Of a DNA stretch of 64,000 bases, positions 50,669-64,000 are shown piece by piece. Below the pieces are notes generated by a model that made no database searches, was not told where the DNA came from, and saw nothing but the letters and a program-made list of their open reading frames with translations. Position 1 is the stretch's first letter, and every line of letters starts with the position of its first letter. A program made the position numbers and the translations under genes. The stretch is from Schmidtea polychroa (Eukaryota), in the NCBI GenBank assembly GCA_044892525.1, contig CM097885.1:434001-498000 (forward strand), written 5' to 3'.

Positions 50669-53600
50669 AGTAGATAGTTAGGGGCCCGCGGGAGCAATGG
50701 GGGGAAGGGGTAAAAATGTTGCAAACTTTTGATTGCATAATTTTTTCCGTAGACCTTTTTTGATTACATAATTGTTGCCGTACGCTCCAATGTATTTTTC
50801 AGACTATAGTGAGGGGGTCTCCTTGGTCCTCAGAATTTCAATAGAAAAGGTGGTTTACAATAAAAACGCATAGTATATTTTTAAAATAAAGCAAATTATG
50901 GGTCTAAAATTTAAAAATAAAGTAAATGATGGGTCTAAAAAATTAAATTTAAGTAAATCAAGGTTCAGATTTTTTTTGAATTAAAGTAAATTATGGGCCT
51001 AAAAATTGAATTACAGTAAATTATGGGCTAAGATTTTTGAATTAAAGTTATCAATGGGCTCAAAAATCTAAATTAAGGTTCAAAATTTTAAATTAAAGTA
51101 AATAATGGTTCAAAATTTAAAATTAAAGTTAATTAAGGGCTCAACTAAGTAAATTAGGGTTCAAATTTTTAAATTAATGTAAATATTGGTTCTAAAAAAT
51201 TAAAATAAAGTAAATCAAGGTCCAAAATTTTAAATTAAAGTAATGAATGGGCACAAATAACTAAATTAAGGTTCTAAAAAATTAAATTAAAGTTAATTAA
51301 GGTCCAAATTTTAAAATTAAGTAATCAATGGTAAAAAATTAAAGTTAAATAAGTAAATTAAAGTAAGATTTTTAAATTTATTAACAATTGAAATTTTTTA
51401 ATGAAAGTTTTTATGAAATAATTTTTTATGAATAATTTTTAATAGAAATTTTAATGAAATATTTTTCAATGGTAATTTTTAATGGAAATGTTTATGAAAT
51501 AATAATAAAAATAATAATAATAATAAAAATAATAATAATAATATATCAACCAAATACTATACAACACATAAAAAATTAACTAAACACATAAAAATAACTA
51601 GACACATAACAAAACATATAAACATTAACTAGACACATAAAAAACATTAAAATTTACCAAACAAATAACAAAATACCGTCATCGATATCGATATCATCTT
51701 CTCCAAAATCTTCTCCAACATCTTCAATAAGTTCTTCCTCATCTTCTCCAACATTTTCATCAAATTCATCTCCAACAATTTCTCCAACATTTTCTCCAAC
51801 AATTTCTCCAACATTTTCTCCAATATTTAATTCACTTAATCTTACATGCCCATTTTTTCAGCAGCTTCAGGGAAATCATCCAACTTCTCATTTAGCTCAG
51901 AAGAAATTACATGATCAACTTCAAGAGTGTATCCATAAGACAAAGAATCAAGATTTAAATTCCTACATTCATCCATTATTAAATCAAATCCATCAAGAAC
52001 CCAACCAAATTCACCACAAGGTAATGATTGACTTAAAGTCCAACCATAAAGATTATTAATATCTATATAAAGTAACTCGGTGTTCTCATCGGTTTTTACG
52101 TAATGCTAATTCACAAAGGTAATACCGCCTCTTATTCCACCCTCATAAAAGCTAAACATTTCGTTTTCAGTTATGAGCTCAATTGGTTCATTTAAAGACA
52201 CTAATGCAGAAGACCAAGACATGCCTGGAATTCCGAAATAATTCAATGGTTCTAATCTATTGTGAGCAATAGATTTCAACCGAAACTGATGAAAGAAATC
52301 AGCCAAAAGAAAACAATCAAGTTTTAAGTAGACCATCATATATTCTAATAAAGTTAGGCAATTAGTTTCTACCCAAATCTCCTGAGCTTTTTCATACTAA
52401 AGCTCAGTAACACCCTCCCAGATTGGTGGTAATTCATAAGTAGTTTGGAGAATATCTAAAGATGTAGCGAAATTATAAGGGAAGATTCCTTTTTCAGAAA
52501 CTATAGTGCCAGAAAAAACAGAATTAGTAAAAGGCAAAGAATTCAAAGTTTTGACTGCTTTAGCTAAAGAATCATTAACAAATTGATAAGAATCAATGAA
52601 TTGATAAGAATCAATTCTTTTGCCCAAATGCGCAATCAAAGAAATAAATTTTTCAGTCGTTATTGGGATGCAACCTAAAGTCCAATTTTTAAATTTATTT
52701 AATCCGTATTTAAGTATATGATGCATATCGTATCCCTTCAAGTTGTGAAATACGATAGGCAAAATTTTATTTATTTTCTTATTTTTGTTACATGTGCTAC
52801 AAGCTGCACCCAAGTATTTCCCAGTAAAATGATCGTGATCTCTAACAGGATCAACGATAGATTTCATACAAAGATAACAAACAGATGCACTAACAAATTG
52901 ACGTTGTTCAATTTTCGTTAATTTAATCATAGGTTTGCTACCCATTTTATAATAAAAAGGAAGAACCTTATTTAATGCTATATCCTTATAGCACTTAAAA
53001 AACTCTCGACGCAATCTAAACCTATGAACTGTTGATAAGATTTAGATCCATCAAAGTTATTTACAAGTAAAAGACCAGCAGATATTGGCATGTGTCGTTG
53101 GAAATGAACATTATCAGAAGGTAAAATAGCCTCAAAATCGGCATAAACTACAAAAGGAGGAGTTACTGTTTTCGACCAGTCAGTAAACTGCAATAATTTA
53201 TTTTGAGGGAAAGTGTAAAGAGTTGTTCCTAATTGATTACGTTTACATAATATTTCATGTTTTTCCAGTGCGTGTTTATACCTAAACCCATTCAAACACC
53301 GATGACACCATAATGAACGTATGCGTGTAGGACAACTAGTGTTGATATCACAGTTCAGTAACCTATTTAAATTACTTATAGCAACGTAATGGAAATTGTT
53401 TCCTTTATTTAAAAGTAGTAAATTAATTACAGTTCCATTTAAAACTATGGAACGATGTATAATATCTAAATGTGGATGTTTTAATACATAATTATCAGTT
53501 AATTGTTTGCTATTATCATATGAAAAAACATTAATTATTAAACCCGAATTTTTAGATTCAAATTTCCTAATGTCTTTTAATTTCATAGGTAATTCTAACG

Positions 53601-53851
53601 GGTCGTATACTAAGTCAGATAAATTATAACTCGATGTCCTATCTCTAGCATAACTACTAACTTCATCATATTTTAAAATAGCTAAAATGCTATATAAAAA
53701 ACATGAATCATCAGTGTTTTTTATATTAATTAAACGATATTTATTTTTTAGATAAGTAGGTGTTTCAATGAAACTCCTACCACTTAATCTACTTAACCTA
53801 CTTATGTTTGTTATGGTGAAATGTATTTCAGTAATATTTTTATATTTCAAC
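50669..53851. mobile_element. Polinton/Maverick element 2, left portion with decayed pPolB
   Basis: Abrupt start AGTAGATAGTTAGGGG inside the RT fragment, ~31-bp subterminal repeats (50880-51370) and a pPolB gene. Confidence 0.85.
51845..53850 (-). pseudogene. Protein-primed family B DNA polymerase (Polinton type with endonuclease VII-like insert); stops, frameshift and loss of the C-terminal palm motifs
   Basis: INIKNTDDSCFLYSILA, VVYADFEA, CYLC..VRDHDHFTGKYLGAAC..CN, FHNLKGYD, FIDSY, KGIFPY, YLKLDC.LLAD.F..FR, IRGG, YIDINNLYG. Confidence 0.9.
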
Positions 53852-54409
53852 AGTAGGTAGATAGTAGCCTACGGGATCAATGACCCCCCCCGGGTGGGGG
53901 GGGGGTTCTGCTGCCGTAATTTTTTTGCTGCAACTTTTGATTACGCAATTTTTCAGACTATAGTGAGGGGGTCTCGATGGTCCTGGGATTTCCAATACAA
54001 AAAAATTTTTTCAATACAAAAACGATGGTCCTGGGATTTTCAATACAAAAAAAAATTTTTCAATACAAAAATCCGACTACCACTAAAAAAGCATGGATTA
54101 TTCACACTATAGTAGGGGGTCTCGATGGTCCTGGGATTTTCAATACAAAAAAAATTTTTCTATACAAAAACGATGGTCCTGATACAAATAAAATTTTCTA
54201 TACAAAAATCCGACTACCAATAAAAAAGCCTGGATTATTCACGCTATAGTGAAGGGGTCTCGATGGTCCTGGGATTTTCAATACAAAAAATTTTTTTCTA
54301 TACAAAAATCCTACTATCAATAAAAAAGCCAAGGATTTTTCAGACTATAGTGAGGTGAGTCTCCTTGGTCCTGAGAAATAGGTGGTCTACACTAAAAACG
54401 TGGTAAATT

Positions 54410-54830
54410 TTTCAATTAAAGTAAATAATGGTCCTAAAAAATTAAATTACAGTAAATTATGGTCCCAATTTTTCAATTAAAGTAAATAATGGTCCTAAAA
54501 AATTAAATTACAGTAAATTATGGCTCAAATTTTTGAATTACAGTAAATTATGGCTAAAATTTTAGAATTACAGTAAATTATGGTCCAAAAATTTAAATTA
54601 AAGTAAATTATGGGTCTAAAAAATTAAATTAAAGTAAATAATGGTTCTAAAAATTAAATTAAAGTAAATAATGGTTCTAAAAATTAAATTAAAGTAAATA
54701 ATGGTTCTAAAAATTAAATTAAAGTAAATAATGGTTCTAAAAATTAAATTAAAGTAAATAATGGTTCTAAAAATTAAATTAAAGTAAATAATGGTTCTAA
54801 AAATTAAATTAAAGTAAATTATGGTCTAAA
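54410..54830. repeat. 30-31-bp tandem repeat (aaagtaaataatggttctaaaaattaaatt)
   Basis: Several perfect consecutive units at ~54631-54820. Confidence 0.93.
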
Positions 54831-55209
54831 TAAGTTAATTAAGGTCCAAATTTTAAAATTAAGTAATCAATGGTAAAAAATTTTAAATAAGTAAATTAAA
54901 GTAATAATTTTTAAATTAAGTAATCAATGGTAAAAAATTTTAAATAAGTAAATTAAAGTAAGATTTTAAAAATTTAATTACAAAAAGTTGAAGGTGTTTG
55001 AGAATTGAAATTTTTTAATGAAAATTTTAATGAAATATTTTTTAAGTAATTTTTAATGGACATTTTTATGAAATAATTTTTTAAGTAATTTTTAATGGAA
55101 ATTTTTATGAAATATTTTTCAATGATAATTTTAGATGGAAATTTTTAAGATAACTTTTAATGAAAATTTTTATGAAATATTTTTCAAAGTCAAATTTTAA
55201 TAATAATTC

Positions 55210-57091
55210 AACAACAAATCAACAACTTAGTACCAACAACCAGTAACTTACGAACATGTATTACCAACCAGATACCTACAACCAGTTACCTGTTACCAAG
55301 TACATACAACAAAACAACCAACCAACTAGGTACCAAGTACTTACAACTAACTACCAAGTACATACAACCACCTACCAATTACCTAGCTACAACCTACAAC
55401 TAGATACCAAGTACTCACAACCAACAACAACCAACCAACTAGGTACTAGATACCAAGTACTCGCAACCGACAACAACCAAGTACTAAGCATTATTAACCA
55501 ACATCAACCAGGTACTAAGCATTAATTACCAACTACTAAGTACCTACAACCACCTACCCATTAACTAGCTACAACCAGTTACCTGCTACTAAGTACCTAC
55601 AACCAACTAGCTACCACCTACCAAGTACTAACAACCAACTAGCTACCACCTACCAAGTACTAACAACCAGTTACCAACTACTAAGCATTAATTAACTACA
55701 ACCAGCTAACAGCAACCAACCAACTACCAAGTACTAACAACCAAAAACAAACAACCAACTAGCTACTACCTACCAAGTACTAACAACCAGAGACCTACAA
55801 CTACCAAGTACTAACAACCAGTTACCTGCTACTAAGTACATACAACCACCTACCCATTAAATAGCTACCAAGTACTAACAACTAGGTCTCAAACAACTAA
55901 ATACTAACAACCAGTTACCAACTACTAAGCATTAATTACCTACAACTAGTTACTAACAACTAGATACCAAGTACTTACAACCAACATCAACCAGGTACTA
56001 AGCATCATCAACTAACTACTAAGTACCTACAACCTACAACTAGATACTAACAACCAGTTACCTGCTACCAAGTACCTACAACTAGTTACTAACAACCAAC
56101 CAACTAGGTACTAGATACCAAGTACTTACAACCGACAATAACCAGGTACTAAGCATCATCAACCAACTACTAAGTACCTACAACTAGTTACTAACAACCA
56201 GTTACCTGATACCAAATACTTACAACCAACTACTAAGTACTAACAACCAAAAACAACCAACTAGGTACTAGATACCAAGTACTTACAACAAACATCAACC
56301 AAGTACTTACTACCAACTACCAAGTACTTACAACTAGTTACTAACAACTAGTTACCTGCTACCAAGTACTTACAATTAGTTACTAACAACTAGTTACCTG
56401 CTACCAAGTACTTACAATTAGTTACTAACAACCAGTTACCTGATACCAAGTACCTACAACCAACTACTAAGTACTAACAACAAAAAACAACGAAGTACCT
56501 ACAACAAATTACCAGATACTAAGTACCTACAACCACCTAACAAGTACTAACAACCAAAAACAAGCAACCAAACAGGTATCAGATACCACCTACTAAGTAC
56601 CAACAACCACCTAGTTACCAGATACCTACAACTAGATACTAACAACTAGGTCTCAAACAACTAAATACTAACAACCAGGTACTAAGCATTAATTACCAAC
56701 TACTAAGTACCTACAACCTACAACTAGATACTAACAACCAGTTACCTGATACCAAGGACTAACAACCGTCAACAACCAGGTACTAAGCCTTATCAACCTA
56801 CAACTAGTTACTAACAACCAGTTACCAACTACTAAGCATTAATTACCTACAACTAGTTACTAACAACTAGATACCAAGTACATACAACCAGACACTAAGC
56901 ATTATCAACCAAGTACTAACAACTAAATACTAAACACTAACAACCGACAATAACCAGGTACTAAGCATCATCAACCAACTACTAAGTACCTACAACTAGA
57001 TACTAACAACCAGTTACCCATTAACTAGCTACAACCAGCACTCAACTAGCTACCAACTACTAAGTACCTACAACCAACTAGCTACCACCTA
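55210..57091. repeat. Complex C/A-rich strand-asymmetric satellite-like array (caacc/actac/aagtac/tactaac words)
   Basis: Seen directly. Confidence 0.9.
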
Positions 57092-58385
57092 AGTAGTATG
57101 ATTGGTCACCGCCAGACCAGGTCACCGCCAGACCAGGTCACCGCCAGGCCACATATACCCTCTCCCCCCCCGGTCTGAAAAATTTTATTTTTTTTTTAGA
57201 ACGATGCCTAATATTTTTAGAACTATTACGTAATTTTTTTTAAATTAATTGGTCCAGCGGTGACCTACTTTTTTTCATCCCAAAAATTAATGTTCCCGCC
57301 AACAGATTTTATTGGACGATACCCCATCTTAAAGCTCAGTCCAAGACCTTTCGAATGAGCTATAGGTATCTTATATATCTTTAATAGTTTTAATGTTATT
57401 AACAATTGATGACCACCATCTTTTCAACGTTAAATTATTATTATTATTCAAAATATTATTAATTGGTCCAGCGGTGACCTACTTCTTTTCATCCCAAAAA
57501 TTAATGTTTCCATCATCTGAATTTATTGAACGATACCTCATCTTAAAGCTCGGTCCAAGACCTTTCGAATGAGCTATTGAAGGTATCAACATCATTAATA
57601 TTAACAAGGAGAATGACTCACCCAACGATGCCTAATATTTTTAGAATGATTATGTCACATTTTTAGAACGATGCCTAATATTTTTATCATACGATGACTC
57701 ATCACATTTTTAGAACAAAGACAATGACTCATCATATTTTTAGAACGATGCCTAATATTTTTAGAACGATGCCTTATATTTTTAGAACGATGCCTAATAT
57801 TTTTAGAATGATGCCTAATATTTTTAGAATGAGTACGTCATAATTTTAGAATGATGCCTAATATTTTTAGAATGAGTACGTCATAATTTTAGAACGATGC
57901 CTAATATTTTTAGAACGATGCCTAATATTTTTAGAATGATGCCTAATATTTTTAGAATGATTGCGTCATATTTTTAGAACGATGCCTCTTATTTTTCGAA
58001 CTAATAATTTTGTTTTAATTATCGATTACATAATAATTTAATTTTGTTTAAATCGTAGATTATATAATTTTGTTTTAATCATTGATTATATAATTTTTTG
58101 TTTTATTTATCGAATACGTAATAATATAATTTGTTTAAATCGTTGATTACATATTATTATTTTTTAATTTTCAATATTTTCTTTTAAAATATTAACGCAC
58201 GCGTGGAAGTTGTTATTATTATATATAATCTATCCGACAAAATATTCTGTCCCCCTATGGGTACTGCTCACAAGGGTACTGATCACCAGGGTACTGCTCA
58301 CAATCAACAACTCGCTAGTGTATTATTAGTATTATTAATAATGACTAAGATATTTTCAAAGAATTATTATTACAACTCCCAAGAA

Positions 58386-58469
<84 letters not shown>

Positions 58470-58739
58470 CATGTATTTTTAGAACGATGACTCATTCGAT
58501 GACTCATACGATGACTCATAAATTATTATTTTTTTCAAAAATATTATTAAGTGGTCTGGCGGGCTCCTGGTTTTCGTTTGCTCAAAACTTAATGTTCCCA
58601 CCAACAGATTTTATTGATCTATAGCTCATTTTAAGGCCCAGTGCGAGATCTATCTACTGATATATAAATATTATTATCATCATTATTATTGGGAATGATA
58701 TTAACGTCCGCGCGAAAGATGTTATTTTCAAAGTTTTAT

Positions 58740-58799
<60 letters not shown>

Positions 58800-58801
<2 letters not shown>

Positions 58802-59381
58802 GTTAATGAAAAATCTAAAATATGGTTTACACACACAACCCCTCAACCATTATTATTATTATCAATATTAAAAACCTAAAATATTTTCTACACACACACA
58901 CATGCACAACTCATTAACCATTGTTATTATCATTATTAGTGAAAACATAAAATATTTTTTACACACACACACAACCCATTAACCATTATTATTATTATTA
59001 TCAATATTAAAAACCTAAAATATTTTTACACACACACAACTCATTAACCATTATTATTATCAATATTAGTGAAAACCTAAAATATTTTTACACACACACA
59101 TACAACTCATTAAACTTATTATTATTATTATTATTATTGCAAATATTAGTCAAAAACCTAAAATATTATTTACACTCACACAACCCACTAACAATTATTA
59201 TTATCAATATTAGTGAAAACCTAAAATATTTTCTACACACACACACACACACACAACCCATTAACCATTATTATTATTGCAAATATTAGTCAAAAACATA
59301 AAAACACTCATAAACCATTATTATTATCAATATTAGTGAAAACCTCAAATATTTTTTACACACATATACAACCCATTAAAC

Positions 59382-59429
<48 letters not shown>

Positions 59430-59470
59430 ATTATTATTATTATTAGTGAAAAAACCTTAAATAATTTTTA
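58800..59470. repeat. ~60-bp tandem repeat with (AC)n and (ATT)n cores
   Basis: Recurring gaaaacctaaaatatttt-acacaca-caacccattaaccattatt. Confidence 0.85.
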
Positions 59471-61409
59471 CATACTAAGTTATGGGGTAGAGTATTATTA
59501 TGTTTGCAGTATTCTGTGTTTGCCTTTACAGGAAGTTGTCAATAAGGAGCGATAATTTTACACACACATCCTATATACACATACCTTGTTTAACATGGGT
59601 GTATATACTCCTAGTCTATCCGACAAAATATTCTGTCCCCCTATGGGTATTGCTCACAAAGGTACTACTCACACTCAACATATCGCAAGGGTATATTAAT
59701 TATGGTTAGTAAATAAAACCTATCACACACACTTTTATATTTAAACGATAAAAAATCAAGACAAGAGAGGACAAGGCAAAGTTTATGCATTTAGTATTGC
59801 CAGGCCTAATGAGCAGTGATCAAATATCTGTGCCTGAAAGACACGGTGGATATTTGTTCGCGTCCACAAGGGTCGTCTGTGCCTCCCCCAAGTGGGGTCA
59901 GAAGAACCTGGGCATTATAGTTTTCTGTATGGAACATTACGCCTAGCATGGGTAGTCAACTACCAGCACATTCGAAACGTATAATTTCAAAATACATGCG
60001 TCATTGGCACTATAACTAAATTAATTAATGTTTTCACTAACACAAATATATATTTACAGAGGCCTCCCACTAGTTGGATTACAACCGCCCACCACGACGA
60101 TCAGCTTGTAAATATATATTAATTAAGGGATAAAGAGGACCCACCCAACCCTATTATATTTAATTTACAAATTTTTCTCGCTCTTCTGCTGGTATTCTAT
60201 CTCAAAATTATCATCTCCATCGGGCCATTTGGAATACATCTTGCGAATTGGACATATTTCTTAGTTTCTGATGTGGCGTCAACTATCATTGCTAAAATTT
60301 ATATTGATTTAAAAGCAATTAACTTACATTATCTAGCATTTTATCGTCACAGGCTTGATAAATTAGGCAACTGTTATTTGTGGTATACTTTTTCAATGTC
60401 ATTTCCCAGCATAAAACACAGATACCTAAATATAATATATATATTTTAAAGAATTAATTCATGTCTTACATTAATAATAATATTCTTCAGGTAGTACTTT
60501 ACAATATCTAATTGCTAAAACATCGGTTTTTCCCATTTTTCTTGACAATCGTTGAAAGTTTACATAATTTAAGTAAACATTCATGTTGAAGGACACCCAC
60601 AATCAGCTAATTCATTTAAGAAATCCGGAACTATAACTCCTTTAGTGTTTCACCATTTTGTCTGGTTCATTTTTTTCTATAATTCATGTTTTAATAAGAA
60701 ATTTCTAAATCCAGAACATAAGTCATTTAGTGTTTCACCATTTTGTCTGGTTCATCTTCTTCATAATCATATAATTCATTTTCTTCATTACTAAGTAAAA
60801 TAATTAAAATATTGTAGTAAATTCTTTATTTGCTTACTTTATGGATACTAAAACGAAAGAAATAAAGTTATATCAAAAGTATATTTAAATAAATTAAATT
60901 TAAATAATTTAATTTAGTTATTTAAAAATATTTAAACAATTTAGTTATTTAAGCATATTTAAACATTAACATTATTATATAGTATAATTTTATATAATAT
61001 TATAATTTTATGTACACTTATATATCCTTCATTTAATTTTTTAAATTCAAAATTTATAATGAAGATTCTTTGAATTAAAAAATATTCTGTTAGTATTTCC
61101 AGGCAGTAAACAACGAATTCAATAATGAAAATCTTATTTTTCATGTTGTTAGGGTTGTGGCCAGAATTTAATCGCCATCTAATCGTTTGTTCTCAATTTC
61201 GCTCATTTTTGTTCAAAACATTCAGGTGAGTTGTTATCTGGAAAGTTTCTTTGAGCTCAGTTTTGTTAAAACACTCACGGTATTCTTGAGGGACGTGTCA
61301 CTGGGAATAAATTAACAATGGGTGGTCTTGCATACATGTTGTTGGTTTGAACTGTTGATTTATTTTAGAAATATGTATATTAAAAACATTTAAGGTATCA
61401 TTCAGTAAA

Positions 61410-63521
61410 ATAATATAGTATTTTTGAGTATTTTTAGTTGATTTATAAATAACAGTATTTTGATATATCAATAAAGACCATATACTCCTAGTTTATCCGA
61501 CAAAATATTCTGTCCCCCTATGGGTATTGCTAGCAAGGGTACTGGTCACATTCAACATGTCGCAAGGCTATATTAATCATTTAGAAATTCTTAGGTAATT
61601 TAGTGAGATGATCAGAAATTCGTGAATATTTTAAATGTAACTTTACACTTATGTCGAGCGACTAATTTATTGGTTAACTTTGTAGTCATTTAAAGCAAAA
61701 ATTAATTTATTCATCTAATGTTCGTTACAATAGTTAATAATATGAGAAAAACATGGTCATTATTCATTGATAATTTTAAATTCTTTATCATTTGGAGTAA
61801 ATTTGTTTGAGGCAAAAATAATTAAAGGAGTCATAATAGAAATATGGTTATCATTTATCCAATTAAGGGGCCTATTATTTAGAAATATATATTATAAAGT
61901 AACAATTATTTTCTAATTTAATTAGATGATCATTAGACGTAATATATCTTTGCGAGAAATTTAAGATGTTTGAGTAACCAAAACATGGACATTTTGTGCG
62001 ATAAATTTATGAATATTGCTTAATTTTGTTATTTTTAGTCATTTAAAATAATATTTAGCAAAGGTAATTTAGCAAAATATCATTTATCCACCCGATAACA
62101 ATATTCCTTCAATAGATTAACTGATATTCAACCTATTTAATTTCTGGAAATATAATTAAAATCATAAATTTCCTTCATGAAAGTTAAATTTTCTTTAGTT
62201 GTCGATGTCTAACTCTTTTAAGTCAATATTTTTGTTACCGTTATCTTCATAATGAATGTCCGTCTTTAAAATGTTAAATAAAATAATTTAAAGCAATAAC
62301 CTTTGATATCAATTATCTCTAAATATTTCAAATATTGCATTGTCAAAACCAAGTAAATTAGTCATTACCCATTAATAAAACCGTGGATAATTAATAAAAA
62401 CTGGTTCTGAAACATAAATTACTGTGCAATAACATTCATCACAACCTCTAAAACGATATAATTTCACAGGAACTATTCATAGCTGACTATTTCCCTTGAA
62501 AATTTGATATTTTACCAATAAGAATATATAAATATTCAAAACATTAACCGATCCCTCACCAAATATCTTTACCCCTTAAAACACCTTAAATCGTATATAT
62601 TACCATCTTAACCTTCACTAAATCCAACCGAATATAATTTCATCCACTTGTGCCCTTTAATAAATCTTAAAATCTATAGAAAATTCTTCAAAATATGAAT
62701 TTTATTTAATTGTCACAGACATTCTTCCATTGAAATAATTTAGTAGCTAAATTCAAAGAGTCCACTAAAAGATCAAAATTCATTAAAATAAATATTTAAC
62801 CACATGTGTCATCAAATACCTAACTAGAGATGATAATATCTCATTGATTGATCATAATTATAACCATTATAACATGATATATCTTTCAAACTAAATTTAG
62901 GTATATTTTACAATAATTTTCAAGTAGATTTTAAATATATCATCATCGTGAAAAAATTAGATTGTTTCAACTTTAGATTTTCAATATTTTAAAGTTCATC
63001 AATGTGTAAATATTCTTAGAAAAATATATGAAAAAATTATTTAGTCAAATTATCATTACAAAGTCATCATCATCATCAAAATTAATAAAATATAGCAAAT
63101 TATCAAGAAATTAATTAAATTTATCTTAGAATTAACACTAAACCTTAAATATTCTTTCAATTAACATGAAATTCACAAAAAAATGTTAGTAAAATCCCGC
63201 TAACTCTAAAAAATTACCAATGAATTTAATGCCAAATAATAACCAAATATTTGCCTAAATAAAATCATTAAAACACACCAGTACCTTTACGACCAGTACC
63301 CTTACGACCAATACCCTTACGACCAATACCCTTACAAGCAGTACCCATAGAGGGAGAAAATATTTTGTCGGATAAACTCCGAGTATATATATAATAAAAC
63401 GAAATAACAATAACTCCATCAGTCAAATTATCACAAATTTTAATAAAAAATCTTATTCTAAAGTGGTAAGCAGCGTAAAATCGAAAGATAATTTTAATAA
63501 CACAGAGATAAAATTAACAAT
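61410..63521 (-). repeat. Diverged inverted homolog of the element 1 spacer (17505-19925)
   Basis: Colinear similarity along the whole length, including both flanking palindromic motifs. Confidence 0.85.
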
Positions 63522-64000
63522 ATTATTCTCAGGTGGTGAGAATCATCATTATTTTATGATTAATTAATAATGAAATTCAAAAAGGTGAAAATAAGGGTTT
63601 GAATTATTCATTAATGGAACGTAAATGTAAATATACCGAGAAGTGTCATAGATAAGATGGAAATATATTAATTGCATTTATTTAAAATTATTTCATGAAA
63701 TTCATAAAAATTTATAAAAATGATCACTTTAATAAAAAAAAATATTTAATTCAATGTTCAAAGAAATAGTTGTTGGGAGGATTAGTGGAAAATGGGGGGC
63801 TATAAGTGATGAGTATTTATAAATTATTTCTAATATATGAGTGACTAACGAATAATAATAATGTGATAAACAATTATTTTGATAAAGTATTTAATCCAAA
63901 AATGACAAACATACATAACAAATGGTATTTGACTAAGCAATTATGATAACTTTATATTTTAAATTTTGATTAACTCCTTTAATATTGAATTAATAATTAT

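Larger units (their letters stand above)
53852..57091. mobile_element. Polinton-like element 3, left portion, inserted into the pPolB of element 2
   Basis: Starts AGTAGGTAGATAGTAG. The subterminal sequence (cagactatagtgagggggtctc; aaagtaaattatgg repeats) is related to element 2. Confidence 0.8.
57092..64000. mobile_element. Polinton-like element 4, left portion (runs off the window); related to element 1
   Basis: Starts AGTAGTATGATTGG, followed by a 16-bp repeat ggtcaccgccagacca x3, 21-bp repeats tttttagaacgatgcctaata and ATGACTCAT sites. Carries four copies of the palindromic motif and the spacer module of element 1. Confidence 0.7.

Overview
AT-rich eukaryotic repeat region with no host protein gene; planarian-like by its element content (inference only). 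It has three layers. (1) About 5.8-50 kb is a head-to-tail, all-minus-strand array of about nine full, deleted or chimeric NeSL/R5-like non-LTR retrotransposons from at least 3 diverged families (A, B, C). Their layout is ORF1 zinc fingers, Ulp1-like domain, RT, CCHC and RLE endonuclease. Several 5' ends carry a degenerate copy of the 28S rRNA H68-H69 region, antisense to the element. Other elements end exactly where that motif begins (ATTT^CTGCCCAG), which suggests self-targeting through a carried rDNA-like landing pad. Four copies share an in-frame TGA between ORF1 and ORF2. (2) There are four Polinton/Maverick-type elements with AGTAG termini. One is a complete 12.1-kb non-autonomous near-palindrome (12648-24786, 6-bp TSD, ~4.85-kb arms carrying a RING gene) and is partly duplicated at 578-5816. 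Three nested left ends lie at 50669, 53852 and 57092; the first carries a decayed protein-primed PolB. (3) An intact FLYWCH-MULE transposon (30178-32013, 9-bp TSD) and an R2-like RT fragment are also present. All family assignments come from motif recognition by eye; no searches were run.
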